64,000 nt of DNA, from contig NC_057719.1 in NCBI RefSeq assembly GCF_004010195.1, forward strand, positions 79,935,080 through 79,999,079, read 5' to 3'. Positions 49,330-62,859 of the stretch are shown piece by piece. The notes beneath the pieces were generated by a model that was not told where the DNA came from, did no database searches, and worked only from the letters and a program-made list of their open reading frames with translations. This stretch comes from Chiloscyllium plagiosum. Lineage: Eukaryota. Every line of letters starts with the position of its first letter. Within the stretch, counting starts at the first letter, position 1. The position numbers and the translations under genes were made by a program.

Positions 49330-50330
49330 TCATGAGTTCAAGAGTGAAGATCTGACTCTAAGACAAACCAGGACAGGGCTTACACAGTTAATGGCAGGGT
49401 CCTGGGGCATATTGTCAAAAAGAGAGACCAAGGGGTGCAGGCACATAGTTTCTTGAAATTGGAGTTGCAGATAGACTGGGTGGTGAAGAAACATTGGCAC
49501 GTTTGCCTTCATCAGTCAAAGTACTGAGTACAGGAATTAGGATGTCATGTTGCCAGACATTGCTAAGGCCACACTTGAAATACTGGTCGCCCTGTTGTAG
49601 GAAGTTATTAAATTGTTATTAAATTGAAACAGGTGCAAAAATGATTTATAAGAATGTCACTGAAGCTGGAGGGTTTGAATTATAAGGAGAAGCTGGGACA
49701 TAATTTCACTGGAGTGTCGGAGGCTATGGTTTATAAAATCATGAGGGGAATGGATAAGGTGAATAGCCAAGGTCTTTTGCCCAGGATTAGGGAGTCCAAA
49801 ACTAGAGGGCACAGGTTTAAAGTGAAAGGGGCAAGATTTACAAGGGATGTGAGGGACAACATTTTCACATGGAAGGTTGTTGTGTCATTGTTGTCTCACC
49901 AGACCATAGGGTCTGCTCTCCCATTAGACAGAGAAGCGACTGGTGGTGATTTAACTTGAGGGCCACCAGACCTCAAGCAGGGGAAGAGGTTGAGAAGGAG
50001 AGTCCTTCATAATGACCTCAAACCAGTGATGGGAATTGAACCTATATTGTTGGTATCATCTTGCTCTGTAAACCAGCAATCCAGCCAACTGAGCTAAACC
50101 ACATGGAGGGCAGCTCATATATGAAACAAGCTGCCTATGAAAGTGGTAGAAACAGGTGCAGTTGCAACATTTAAAAGACATTTGAACATGTACATGTATA
50201 AAAAGGGTTTAGAGGGACATGGGCCAAATGCCAGCAAATGGGACTAGTTAAGTTTGGGATACCTGGTTGACATGGGCAAGTTGGGCTGAAGGGTCTGTTT
50301 GTGTGACGGATGACTCCAAGACTCTATGAG
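49330..50330 (+). mobile_element. CR1 3' fragment with a nested SINE (49880-50100)
   Basis: VYKIMRGMDKVNSQGLLPRIRESKTRGHRFKVKG; CACATGGA repeated on both sides of the SINE. Confidence 0.85.
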
Positions 50331-50848
50331 CTAATCTAACAGAGTAGAGAGATCTGGCCAGTGAGAAATGAGAGACTGCAGTAAAGAGCTGCCACTTTGT
50401 CTCAGGGAGCCTTCGGGAAACAGGACAGAAATGGTCTCGCCTTTGGGAAAACAAATCAGCAAAAATATTAATGGAGGAAACATGAGCTTTACTGAAAGAA
50501 AAAGGCTGTTGCTTCTGTTGAATGTCAACTGTGTCTCATAACGAGCAGCAAAGGTGTGGAGACAGAGGGGCCAAGATGGAGCATGTTGTGGTAAGAGGTC
50601 CTTGCAAACCGAAGGTGCGTAGAGAGTGATGGGATAATGTTTGGGTGGTGGTGAATGTATTTGCTGTTTGGGTTTTATCAGGATCTATGGTTTCTGACTC
50701 ATGTATAAATGCAGAGTGCCAACACCAGCAGAGAAACCTGATGCTGACCATACAGAGGTGGGGTAGGGTTGGTTTGGTTTCACTGATATTGTGAAGAGAC
50801 TGCCAATCAAGCTGCTCAGAGCTTGATACCTGACTTTCCGAAGATTAA

Positions 50849-51132
50849 CCCACCCAGACCCATTCCCCTATCCTATTACTCCACATTTCCCCTGACTAAT
50901 CTTCACAACTAACCTTCACATCCCTGAACACTATGGCAATTTAGCATGGCCAATTCACCTGACCCGCACATTTTTTGTTTTGTGGGAGGAAACCGGAGTA
51001 CCCAGAGGAAACACGCGCAGACACGGGGAGAGTGTGCAAACTCCACACAGACAGTCGCCCGAGGATGGAATCAAATCTGGGTCCCTGGCGCTGTGAGGCA
51101 GCAGTGCTAACCACTGAGCCACCGTGCCACCC
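50849..51132 (-). mobile_element. HE1/V-SINE
   Basis: V-domain and tRNA head. Confidence 0.9.
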
Positions 51133-52965
51133 TATCCTTACTGACGGTGGTCTGTTGGTGAAAAGGTTGTGAATCCAGTTTCTGAGGGAGGTGCAGAGAC
51201 CGTGATCCCAGAGTTTGGAGATCAGTTTATTTGGAATTATGGTGCTGAATGCAGAGTTGTAGTCAATAGGTAGAAGCCTGACCTGGGTATCCTTGTTGTC
51301 CAGATGTTCCAAGAATCAGTGTAGGGCCTGAGAGATGGGGTCTGCCATGGACCAGTTGTGCTGGTCGGCAATTTGCGAGGGCTCAAGGCAATCTGGGAGG
51401 CTGCAGTTGATGTGAGCCATAACTAACCTGCCAAAGCACTTCATAATTACAGAGGTCAGAGCCACCAGGCTATAGTCATTGAGGCGCGTTGCATGATTTT
51501 TCTTTGGAACCAGAATAATGCTGGTCTTTTTGAAGCAGGTGAGGACTTTGGATTGTAGTAAGGGGAGGTTGAAGATGTCAGCGAATACTCCTGCCAGCTG
51601 GTCTGCATGGGATCTGAGTGCATGGCCAGGGACTCCATCTGGGCTGGCCGCTTTCCATGGGTCCACCCTTAAGAAGGCGGTTTCCATAGGAACAGGCGCA
51701 TCCGAGGCTGATGGGATAGGTGACGTTGTTTCACTGACCTTCTGCTGAAAGCAAGTGTAGAATGCATTGAGCTCATCGGGTAGGGATGTGCTATTGTCGC
51801 GCAATTCTGTTCAACTCGCTTTATAGCCCATTATGTCGTGTAAGCCTTGCCACTAATAACAGATGTCATGTGGTTAGTCTGGCTCCCAAGCTTAGTTTGG
51901 TATTGCCTCACGGCGCCTCTGATGGCCTTACAGAACAATACTATCCTTTGTTGTTACATATACTCCAGGACTGTGAAAGGTTTTTACAATGGCTGGCCTT
52001 TAATGGCGCCATCTTAGATACAAGTACCTGGGCACAAATCTTACGGAGTAAAAATAAATAGAATTATTATGCAAAAGAGGAAACAGTAACATTACTAACA
52101 GTGTCTGAGAATGAGTTAAAAATGAGGTAGTTATAACAATCTGAAAAGGATCTACGTTACAATCCAATGAAGAATTCCAAATAGCAGCAGCTCAGCACGT
52201 GGCACCAGGCATCAGTCCAATAAATATCCCACATCGCCCCAGCTTCCAGACCGTTCCTCACCGGCACTCAGCCGCAACAAGGTAAGTCACGCTATGCCGG
52301 GATTCACTTTCCCTGCTGCTGTCACTCCCAGGATTCCCCTGTGGCCGTCGCTCCGGGATTTGTCCTGTGACTTGGCCTGTGCTCAGTCTGCCGCCACTGC
52401 GGGGCACCTCAGCTCCTGCCCAGTCTCCTGTTGTGGGGTGATGGGAGGGGGGGTGGAGGGGTTAAAAGTTCAGGGGGGTGGGATGGAAGCAGAAAAAGAA
52501 AGAGAGCAGAACATACCACAGACAGGAGGGAAAAGAAGAAAGGAAAGGGAAAAGGAACTGGCAAGCAGAGGAGCTCCAACTGGAGCTCCCTACCCTGCCA
52601 CCATCGTCTACCTGCATTTCCTGTAAAGCTCAGGGTCGCCTGATTTGAAGGCCTCAGACCTCAGCAGGGAGTGGATATTCCTGTTCATCCATGGTTTCTG
52701 GCTGAGGAATGTTTGAGTGAACTTCTTCAGCACACAATCATCTACACTTTCATCTATACATCATTTAATAATGAAGTCTGTAACAATAGTGGCATACTCC
52801 TTTAGGTTGCCCGCTGAGTTCTTGAATATGGACCAGTCCCCTAAGTCGAAGCAGTCTTGCAGAAGCCATTCGGACCATCACTGCACTATTTTCAATACTG
52901 GGTCCTCACACCTCAATTTCTGCTTGTACGCTAAGAGGAGGAACACAGGGTTGTGGTCTAATTGA
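51133..52965 (-). mobile_element. Rex1/Babar LINE ORF2 fragment (interrupted at 51930-52608)
   Basis: LPDELNAFY; KAASPDGVPGHALRSHADQLAGVFADIFNL; CFKKTSIILVPKK; LNDYSLVALTSVIMKCFGRLV; EHLDNKDTQVRLLPIDYNSAFSTIIP. Confidence 0.9.
51930..52608 (-). mobile_element. Non-coding retroposon-like insert within Rex1
   Basis: Interrupts the Rex1 frame between ...LYRKCR(Y) and KAIRGAVRQY; tail similar to 13430-13530. Confidence 0.6.
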
Positions 52966-53391
52966 ACAAAATGAATTAAATTAGCTGTGGTTTTAGTTTA
53001 TTTACAGTGGTTTTGATTTACGCAAATTGTAAAAGGTCACAAATTTCACTCTAAAGGTTACTTTGCATTGTGGTTTTTATCATTTTGGCATTTTTAATTG
53101 CAATCAATAGTTTGTGGATAGATGAGAGTAGTGGTGTTTTTGTAAATTTACTTACAAAGAACAAAGATGAGGTAGTTATAACAATGTGAAAAGGATTTAT
53201 GTTACAGTCCAGTGAAGAATGCCAAACAGCAGCAGCTCAGCACGTGGCACCAGGCACCAGTGCAGCACAAGAACAGGCCCTTTGGCCCATCAAGTCTGCA
53301 CTAACATATGACACCTTTCTAAACCAAAAACCTTTAGCCTCTATGCAGTCCGTATACCTCTAGTCGCTACCTACTCGTGTATCTGTTGATA

Positions 53392-53616
53392 CAGGTATCC
53401 CCCACTATCCGAAAGTACAGCGTTCCCAGGAAACCTTTCATAAACCAAAAATGGCATAAAGCGAAGGTGCATGATTTATGTGGGAAAAATTTCATTGTTT
53501 CACATAAAAGTGAAAATCCTCTTCGGATTCGCAAAACGAGTATTCCATCTGGGTTGGCAGGTCTTTCATAAAAACAAAGTGGCATAAAGTGAACGTTCAA
53601 AAAGTGGGGATATCTG
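53392..53616. mobile_element. Tigger/Tc1-mariner-type MITE, 225 bp
   Basis: TA|CAGGTATCCCCCACT ... AGTGGGGATATCTG|TA: imperfect TIRs with TA TSD. Confidence 0.85.
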
Positions 53617-53755
53617 TATGCCTCTTCAGTCTTACTGTTATGTCCATCTCCACCACTTCCCCTGGCAGCACATTCCAGGCACTTACTTACACCCGCTGTG
53701 TAAAACAAAACTTGCCCCCTTTCACCTTAAACCTCTGTCCCCTAGTAATTAACAT

Positions 53756-54080
53756 TTAGATTAGATTAGATTAGATTACTTACAGTGTGGAAACAGGCCC
53801 TTCGGCCCAACAAGTCCACACCGACCCGCCGAAGCGCAACCCACCCATACCCCTACATTTACCCCTTTAACCTAACACTATGGGCAATTTAGCATGGCCA
53901 ATTCACCTGACCCGCACATCTTTTGGACTGTGGGAGGAAACCGGAGCACCCGGAGGAAACCCACGCAGACACGGGGAGAATGTGCAAACTCCACACAGTC
54001 AGTCGCCTGAGTCGGGAATTGAACCCGGGTCTCTGGCGCTGTGAGGCAGCAGTGCTAACCACTGTGCCACCGTGCCGCCC
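53756..54080 (-). mobile_element. Full-length, apparently young HE1/V-SINE
   Basis: GGGCGGCACGGTGGCACAGTGGTTAGC head, B box GGTTCAATTCC, CpGs retained, (TCTAA)n tail. Confidence 0.95.
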
Positions 54081-55067
54081 ACGGGAAAAAGACGCTGACT
54101 ATCTGTACTAACCATGCCTCTCAACTTTGTAAACTTGTATCAGGTTGCCCCTCATCTTCGATGTTCAAGTGAAAACAAACCAAGTTTGTCCAATCTCTCT
54201 CCATAGCTAGTACCCTCCAAACCAGGCAACATCCTGGTAAACTGTTTCTGCAAATCTTCCAAAGCCTCCACATCCTTCTTGTAGCGTGGTGACCAGAACT
54301 GTCCACAATATTACAAATGTGGCCTAGCTAAAGTTCTGTACAGCTGCAACATGACTTGCTAGTTTTTATGCTCTATGCTCCGAACAATGAAGGCAAGCAT
54401 GCCATATGGCTCCTTGACTGCCTTATCCATTTGTGTTGTGACTTTCAGGGAACTGTGAACTTGTACACCAAGATCCCTCTGTATGTTAATGTTTCATAGT
54501 GTTTTGCCATTTACAGTATACTTTCCTCCTGAACTAGACCTTCCACAATGCATCACCTCGCACTTGCCGAGGTCAAACTGCCATATCTCTGCCCAACTCT
54601 CCAGCCAGTCTATAGGCCCCAGCAGTTTTCTCACTTGTCTCCCTCAACACTCTGGGATAGATTCCATCAGGTGCTGGGGGACTTGTCTAGTTTGATGCTT
54701 TTCAAAACACCCAATACCACCTCCTTTTTCATATTGACATACCCGAGGATATCAATATAATCCTCCTGAGACTCACCATCCACCATGTCTTTCTCCTTTG
54801 TGAATACCAATGCAAAGTAGTTATTAAGGACCTCACCCACTTCCTGCAGCTCCATGCATAAATTCCCTCCATTGTGCTTGAGTGGACCTACCCTTTCCCT
54901 AGCTACCCTCTAACTCTTCATTTATGTATAAACAGTCTTGAAACTTTCCTCAATCCTGTTCGCCAAGGTCACTTCATGGCCCCTTTTAGCCCTCCTAATT
55001 CCTTGTTTGAGTTCCTTCCTGCTGTCTTTGCACTATGTCTTTGTGTATGACTCCTCCTTCTTTCTAG

Positions 55068-55210
55068 ACGAAAGTGAGGACTGCAGATGCTGGAGATTCG
55101 AGTCAGGATTAGAGTCCCTGATGAAGGATACCTGCCCAAAACGTCAGTTTTCCTGCTCCTCGGATGCTGCCTGACCTGCTGTGCATTTCCAGCACCACTC
55201 TAATCTTGAC
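55068..55210. mobile_element. Mini PLE pLTR insertion with inverted 5' piece
   Basis: Hammerhead-like CTGATGAAGGATACCTGCCCAAAACGTC at 55118-55145; GACTCCTC(C/T)TTCTT repeated on both sides. Confidence 0.7.
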
Positions 55211-55691
55211 TCCTCTTTCTTTCTGACTAAGCTCACAATTTCTCTTGTCATCCAAAGTTCTTCTGCCATCCTTATATTGTATTTTACAGGAACATGCTGG
55301 TCCTGAACTCTAGTCAACTGGCATTTAAAAGGTTCCCACATGCCAGATGTGGATTTACCCTCGAACAGCCATCTCCAAACTACATTCCCCAGTTCCTGCC
55401 TAATATTGTGATAGTTAGCCTTTCCCCAGTTTAGTACTTTCACCTGAGGACTACTCTTATCCTTATCCATTAGCAAGCTAAAACTGACGGAATTATGGTC
55501 ACTGTTCCCCAAATGTCTCCCCCCACTGAAACTTCGATCACTCGGCCTGGCTCATGCCCCAACATCGGCATGGCCCCTTCCCTTTCAAAAACACATCCTG
55601 AACGCACCTAACAAACTTCCTGCCATGCAAGCCCTTGGCACTAAATGGGTCCCAGTCAGTATAAAGGAAGCTAAGATAACCCATTACAAAA

Positions 55692-55983
55692 ACACAGTGG
55701 CTCAGTGGTTAGCACTGCTGCCTCACAGCACCAGGCTCCCAAGTTCGATTCCAGCCTCGGGTGACCGTCTGTGTGGAGTTTGCACATTCTCCCCATGTCT
55801 GCAGGGGTTTTCTCCCACAGTCCAAAGATGTGCAGATCAGGTGAACTGGCCATGCTAAAATTGCCCATAGTGTTAGGTCAATTAGTCAGAGGGAAATGAG
55901 TCTGGGTGGGTTACTGTTCAGAGGGTCGGTGTGGATTGGTTGGGCTGAAGGGCCTGTTTCCACACTGTAGGGAATCTAATCTA
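55692..55983 (+). mobile_element. HE1/V-SINE
   Basis: A/B boxes, V-domain, AATCT tail. Confidence 0.9.
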
Positions 55984-58532
55984 AAAACTCTATTGTTTTC
56001 ACATTTTCTCATAAATCTATCCACATACTTGTTTCTCTATCGCCCCCTGGCTGATGGGAAGCCTGTAGTACAATCCCTGTGGTGATTGCATACTTCCTGT
56101 TCCTGAACTCTACCCATATGGATGAGCCCTCCAAGATGTCATCCCTCAGTACTGCTGTGATATTCTCCCTAATCAGTAACACAACTCCCCCACCTCTTTT
56201 ACAACCTTTGCTAGTCTACCTGAAACATTTCAATCCTGGAATGTTAAGTCACCAGTCCTATCCCTCTCTCAACCAAGTCTCTGTAATGGCTACAACATCA
56301 TCGTAACATGTAAGAATCCAAGCTTTAAGCTCGTCTGCCTTACCTGCCATACTCCTCATATTCCACGAATTCACAGGATGAGGGTGTCACTGACTAGGCC
56401 AACATTTATTGCATTCATAGAGGGCTGTGAGTTTCTCCAGCAATCAACAGTAGATTCATGGTCGTCGTTAGACTCTTAATACCAGATATCTTTATCCACC
56501 ATGGTGGGATTCAAACCCAGGTCCCCAGAACTCTACCTGGGTCTTGGATTAACAGTCCAGCAATAATACCAGTAGGACATTGCCTTCCCAAAACAAATAC
56601 ACTTCAGTCCGCAGGTCTCATTGTGTTCAGTAACCTCTCCCTGTCTGTTTATCCTCTTAATCTTACTAGCCTTAGTCTCTGACCCTCCTCGATCATTTTA
56701 CTTGCTGACCTATTGCTTTAGCTCCTGTGCCCTTGCTGTACTAGTTTAAACCCTCTCGAGTGTCACCAGCAAACCTCCCTGCCGGGATATCGATATTCCT
56801 CCAGTTTAGGTACAACCCGTCCTTGTACAAGTCCCTCCTGCCCTGGAAGATATCCCAATGATCCACATAATTGAAGCTCTTCAGCCGTGTATTTAACTGT
56901 ACTACCTTCCTATTCCTAGTCTCACTGGCATGTGGCACAAGAAGTCATCCCTAGATTATAACCCTAGAGGTCCTGCTTTTCAATTTCCTACCTAAGTCCA
57001 TAAATTCCCTTTCCAGGACCTCATCTCTGTTTCAGCCTATGTCATTAGTCCACAATCTCTGACTGCTCACCCTCCCCCTTTCAGAATATCCTGTACATTC
57101 TCAGAAACATCCTGGCACCGGGGAGGCATCTCACCATCCTTGAGTCTCTATCCCGGCCGCAGAAACACCTATCTGTGCCCCTGACCGTACAGTCCCTTAA
57201 CCCTAGCACTCACTAACACTTCGACCGTTCCTGCTGTACAACAGAGAAGGTTGTGGGGCCACTGACTTGGCTGCTTTCCCTTGAGTATCCAAACGGTGTC
57301 CCTGTTTGAGAGGTCAATGGCCACAGGTCACTCCAGGGGATTCCTGCACTGCCTGCCCACATTTATTTGCCATCCTAGTGGTTGCCATCTCTTCCCCGCC
57401 TGTGTAGCACTTACTGGTGGTGTGACCAGCTCGCTAACCGTGCTATCCACAACCTTCTCAGCCTCATGGATGCTCCATAGTGAGTCCATACTCAGCACCC
57501 AGTCATCCAGGCAGCAAATCGGAAGCTGCAGCTGAACACACTTCTTGCATACATGGTCTCCATGGAGACTAGAAGCATCCCTGATTTCCCATGTTTTGCA
57601 GACGGAGCATTCTACGAAAAGTCAAATATTTTGTTCAAGATTTGGTGACGTTGTCACATGCAACTAGGGGCAATGCAAAACATTTTCAAATATTGGCAAA
57701 ATGACTCTTGTCCAAATGCCATGCAATAGTACGCAGTTCAATGCCATGTGATTGCAAAGCACATGACCAAGTGACCAGAAAATTCAATTTTCTTCTGTTC
57801 TTCCAAGAGTATCTGGCAGGAGGTGATTAACCTGAAACATTAGATTAAATTTTGACTTTGGAGGCAGGAAACAGACTGGGTTGCAAATGAGAGACTTGCA
57901 AGACTGGTATATTTTGAGACTAACTCTTTAATTTCAGGTAAAATGGAGTCATGTGCCAAGCTTTGAATTCCACCAGACACTAAGACTGGGTTTAGCCGTG
58001 TTTAAAGGTTGCACAGGTTGATTTACTAGGAAGATAACTATCTTATGATGACTGTGCATGAACTGTTATGCTTTAGATCTCACAGGGAAATGTTAGGTTT
58101 TATCAATGGTTATATTTTAAACAGTCTTTTTCATTCCAAGCTAGAATGGAGTTAGGAGTCGAGCAAACTACTAATTGGCATTTCTATCTGGATTTACATT
58201 GCCATGGCGATGGGTTTGGAAAGGGAAGAATTGATAGTAAGCTAGTGTAGTATTGGGTTACAGGGTTTTTCATCACTGAACCTCACAGTTCCAAGTGAGT
58301 CTACAAGAATCACAGACACCGCGAAGAAACAGGAGTTTGAGGCAGGCAGTCCTCCAGAAATGCTGAACCTATTTTCCACAATGCAGGATATGGGAGCTCA
58401 CACTCAGGTTGAAGAGCTTGAGGTTGTGAAGTTTTTAAGGGGATTGGAAGATTTGCCTAGCTTGGATAGATGGAAGGAATCTCCTGTATCATCACCATCA
58501 TCATCATCACAGTGAAAGTCAATTCTGGGAAA

Positions 58533-58730
58533 TCATAGAATCATAGGATCCCTACAGTGTGGAAGCATGCCATTTGGCCCATTGAGTGCACACTAACCCA
58601 ACAGAGAGTAACCCACCCAAACAGCCCCAACCCTGTCCCTATAACCCTGCATTTCCCATGGGTAATCCACCTAACCTGTACATCTTTGGATTGTGGGAGG
58701 AAACCGCAGCACTCGGAGGAACCACACGCC
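58533..58730 (-). mobile_element. HE1/V-SINE 3' part
   Basis: TTTGGATTGTGGGAGGAAACC and tail. Confidence 0.8.
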
Positions 58731-59774
58731 ACTTCCCAAATGATCTCCAAATCCCTTTTCTTTCATCTATTGCCCCTTTTGTTCTCCTATAACCAGTCTC
58801 CCCCCCCATGATCTCCCACCCTCTTCGTTCATTTATTGCCTTCTTCATCCTGCTATCTCGAGGTTATTTCTGTTCCCATTTCCCAAAACAAACCTCCCAC
58901 TTCCTTTTCTTTTTTTTATAGCCCCTTTTTTTTATCCCCCTAACAGAATTCTACCTCCACCCTCTGCCCTTCACTTTTGCTTGTTGCCCCATCAAACCAC
59001 GGTTGCTCACAGGCTGTAGCAGGCCTGAGGCTCAAGGCCCAGCAGTGGGCTGGTGATTCCCGAGGTGAAGGATCTCCTGCAGACCCAGTCCAGTCCACCA
59101 TGAGGTGGCACTGGTGGACTTGTTGGCCCCAGGGGTCTCATTTTTGGGATGAAATGTAAAACATCAAGCTAATGAGCAGAAGCATAGTGAATAGAAATAG
59201 GAAATTTAGTGTAATCCACTACGGGAAATCTAATTTTAAGATTCCTCTTTGAAGCCCTCGCTGTTGGATGAACCTGAAGGGTTCGATTGTTCTCTGTTGG
59301 GAGTAGTGAGGTGTGCAGCCACTGTGTGATTGCAAGGACATTTTAAATCACTGTCAATAATCCTTGCATACTGAGAATCTAGTGTTATCCCTGCATTGCC
59401 CCAAAGTCTATCATGTTATACAATATACAGCAATCCATGGAATACTCAGCAAAACATGGTCCAAAAAAATTGTGATCTGAAAACAGCAACTGAGTGGTGC
59501 TGGAAGTCTACTGGTGGTTTGGTCCTATGACGAAGAGAATGAATTCAAGGAATTTGACAACTTTTATTCCAGGTTGAGAGTTAACTGGTGAAACAGGTGG
59601 TTCAATTACACTTGCTTATTTTCCAACTTCATTTAACAATTGATGCCTTAAGGCTGTCTCTGGAATCTGTAATTACCCACAGCTTTGATATTGGACTGAC
59701 AGCCCAAAATCCAATTAGCTATAAATATGAGCGCACTGCTTCAAATAAAACCAGCAGTGATTTCTTTCATTTCT

Positions 59775-60900
59775 TATCTCTTACTTCCCGCACCGCACCA
59801 CTGCAGCATTTTCTCCTGCCATCTGCACTGCACCGTTGCAACATCATCTCTCACTGACTGCATTGCACTATTACTTCTGAATCTCTCACTGCCTGCACTG
59901 CACCACTGCAGCATCTTTGTCCACTATGTGCACCGCACCATTGCAGCAGCATCTCTCACTGCCTGTACTACATCATTGCAATAGCATCTTTTCCTGCCTG
60001 CATCTCATCATTAAAGCATTGTCTATTACTGTCTTCACTGCACCAATGCAACAGTATCTCTTGCTGCCTGCACTGCACCATTACAAGCACTGCCTCTTCC
60101 TGCCTGCACCACACAGTGAGAAACAAAGCTCACTCACTTCAATAATTTCAGTCCGAGACAAGATCTGCAGCAATCAGTATGTTTATTATACGTTTGCAAG
60201 CGTGGTGCTTGGAATAGACACGCAGAGTTCAGCAAGTACATACCTTACATAGGATTCACTACTCCAAACCCGGTGCCCATTACTATGGTTTTCTCTTGCC
60301 TTCTCCGGCCTTGTGCTTAACAAAGTACAAGTTTTACTTGGCCATTTCACCACATCCTGCTGTGGCCCATTGTTAGGTATATCCTCCTTCATTGCTATCT
60401 ATTTTCCCCACTTGTGACATTTCCTCCCTTTCCCCAACCATATTGATCCTTATGACCTTTTAATTGGGGTTTGTTTTTTGCTTTTGCAGAAGTGGGAAAC
60501 AGATGCTCATAACTACTGCTTCTACAAGCATATCTGACTTAACCTACATCCTCACAGCACCTTATCTATTTGTCTGTAACATCTACCATTGTTTGCAGGC
60601 ACGTTTCATTCTTGTATGCACATTTTAGCTAATACAAAAACAATTATATATTTCCTTCGCATAGTTTTCATTCTTGTTGACTCAGCTCTTGGTTGAAACA
60701 ATTATACACTGGTGAGAGTGCATTTACCTTGCATAAGTAATTATGATTGCAGAAGTAACACTACTTTACCTATATCCCACAACACCATTACAGTATTGTC
60801 TCTTACTGCCTGCACTGCACCACTGCAGCAGCAGCTGTCATTGCCTGCAGGCACCATTGCAGCATGATATCCCCCTCCTGTACTGGACCGTTGCAGCTTC
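59775..60900 (+). repeat. Degenerate ~31-34-bp minisatellite (TCTCTCACTGCCTGCACTGCACCACTGCAGCA) in two blocks, 59775-60112 and ~60745-60900
   Basis: Recurring CTGCCTGCACTGCACCA(C/T)TGCAGCA units. Confidence 0.8.
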
Positions 60901-61474
60901 CTCTCTCCATCCCTACACATCCTTTGAGTTTTTGGAGTCCTCTTCATATCTGTGTTTCATTTGTGTGTGTCTCTACCTCTTCCTTCAAGGACACCTTAAA
61001 CATTAACATCTTACTTTAGTCCACTCCCAAATAAATTTCTATATTTCTCTGTCCCTTACAGTCACAGAACGCTTTGTGTTGGAGCTGGGTCATTGCTATA
61101 AGAAGCATTTACAGGGGCCTCACACCTCTCACAAATAAGTCCTAACTCCTTGTTAATCATTGCTGACTCTGAGCTCATGACCTCAAAATGTCAATTAAAT
61201 GATCCCACTTGGACTCACGCATTGGAACATCCTACAACAATGTATATCTACACTGAACTTATCAGATGTTTCATGACTGGTCTCATTCACACTTCCTGTT
61301 GCCTTTGCTTCACAATGCCTTGTATCATTTAGTCACTCTTGTCTCTGTGACCCTTACCCTATCACACGCTTTCCCCTTTGCTCATTCCACATCCCTCTTT
61401 CCCTGCATCTGAATGTGCTTAAAAATTGTTCACTCCTCAGCACCTTCTATTTTGGTGAAAGTTAACCATCGAAC

Positions 61475-62745
61475 TTCTTGACAAGATTTGTAGCTCAGGT
61501 TGTGGATGAGGTTGTTGACTTGCTCACTGAGCTGGTAAGTTGGTTCGCAGATCTTTCACCACCATTCCAGGTAACATCATTTGTGCGCCTCTGGTGAAGC
61601 ATTGGTGTTCTGTCCTGCTTGCTACTTATGTGTCCCAGTTTGCTGAGGTGGGTGGTATCATATCCAGTTTTGCTCCTTAGTGGTTGGTATATAGGGTCTA
61701 ACTCTACCTGTTTGGTCATGGAGTTCCGGGTTGAGTGCCAGGCCTCCAGGAATTTTCCTGTGCATGTCTCTGTTTGGCTTGTCATAGGATGGACATGTTG
61801 TCCCAGTCGAACTGGTGTCCTTCTTTGTGCACATGTATGGACACAAGTGATAGTTGATCATGTCTCTTAGTGGCTGGTTGGCGTTTGTGTACCTTGATGG
61901 CTAGTTTTTTTCCGGTTTGCCAATATGTAATGTTTGTGGCAGTATTTACGCATTATTTTGTACATAACGTTGGTCCTACTGGTTGTGGGTATGGGATCCT
62001 TTCTGCTCGTCAGTGGCAGTCGTCGTGTGGGTTTGTGGGCTGCCATGATACCCAGGAGTTGGAGTAGGCTGGTGGTCATTTCCAATATGTCCTTGATGGA
62101 TGGTCAGTGTATCTAGACGTGTTGTGTCTGTCTGTTGCGGGTTATGCTTTTTGGGTAACTGTTGTTTTTGAAGACATTGTGTAGGTATTCTTCTTCAGCT
62201 TTATGCATCTCCGGGGTGCTGCAGTGTGCTATGTCTCACTTGAACAATGATCTGATGCAGCTCCCTTTGTGGGTTGGTTGTTGTCTGTGTGGGTGGCCTT
62301 CCTGTACAGGCTGGTCTGGAGCTCCCCATTGGCCTTGTGTCCGACCATTGCATCCAGGAAGGGGAGTCAGTTGTTGTTCTCTTCTTCCTTGGTGAATTTT
62401 ATGTTGGTAAGGATGTTGTTTATGCATTGATGGGTTTGATAATGACAAAATTCCATGTAGAGGATCCAAAGTTTAGGCTGGATAGTGAGAAGGGCTATCT
62501 GTTCTAGTCTTTGCATTACGACTTTCGCTATTAATCCTGATATCAGCGATCCCACGGGTGTTGTGTTGATTCGGCTGTATAGCTGGCCGTTGAAGGTGAA
62601 GTGGGTCATGAGGCACAGATCCAAAAGTCTGAGGGTGCTGTCCATGCTGATGGCGCTGGTGTTGTAGGATGTCTGAATTACTGGCCCATCTAGTAGTGAG
62701 GCTACTGTTTCCTTGGCTAGTGAGACGTCTGCGGTGTAGTCACGT
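61475..62745 (-). mobile_element. Penelope/Poseidon-type PLE (RT + GIY-YIG, degenerate)
   Basis: LRLLDLCLMTHFTFNGQLY...GSLISGLIAKVVMQRLE; NIKFTKEEENNN; TNVMYKIMRKYCHKHYI; FLEAWHS; pLTR homologous to 22165-22285. Confidence 0.88.
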
Positions 62746-62859
62746 CAAAGGTTAACCATGTTGAAATGTTCACTCTATTTCTGTCTCCACTGACACTGTC
62801 TGCCAAGCTGGGAATTTCCAGCATTTCCTGGTTTTATTTCACAATTACAATTGTCCAGT

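Larger units (their letters stand above)
53260..57610 (-). mobile_element. Internally deleted long CR1 (ORF1 remnant 56740-57610 to 3'UTR at 53260) with nested MITE, SINEs and PLE
   Basis: EVGEVLNNYFALVFTKEKD; GNSDHNSVSF; VLNWGKANY; YKDGLYLNW..GRFAGDTREGLN. Confidence 0.85.

Noticed and set aside
53990..54080. tRNA genes suggested by A/B boxes (here and at other SINE heads)
   Set aside because: These are tRNA-derived SINE heads followed by V-domain and tail, not cloverleaf tRNAs
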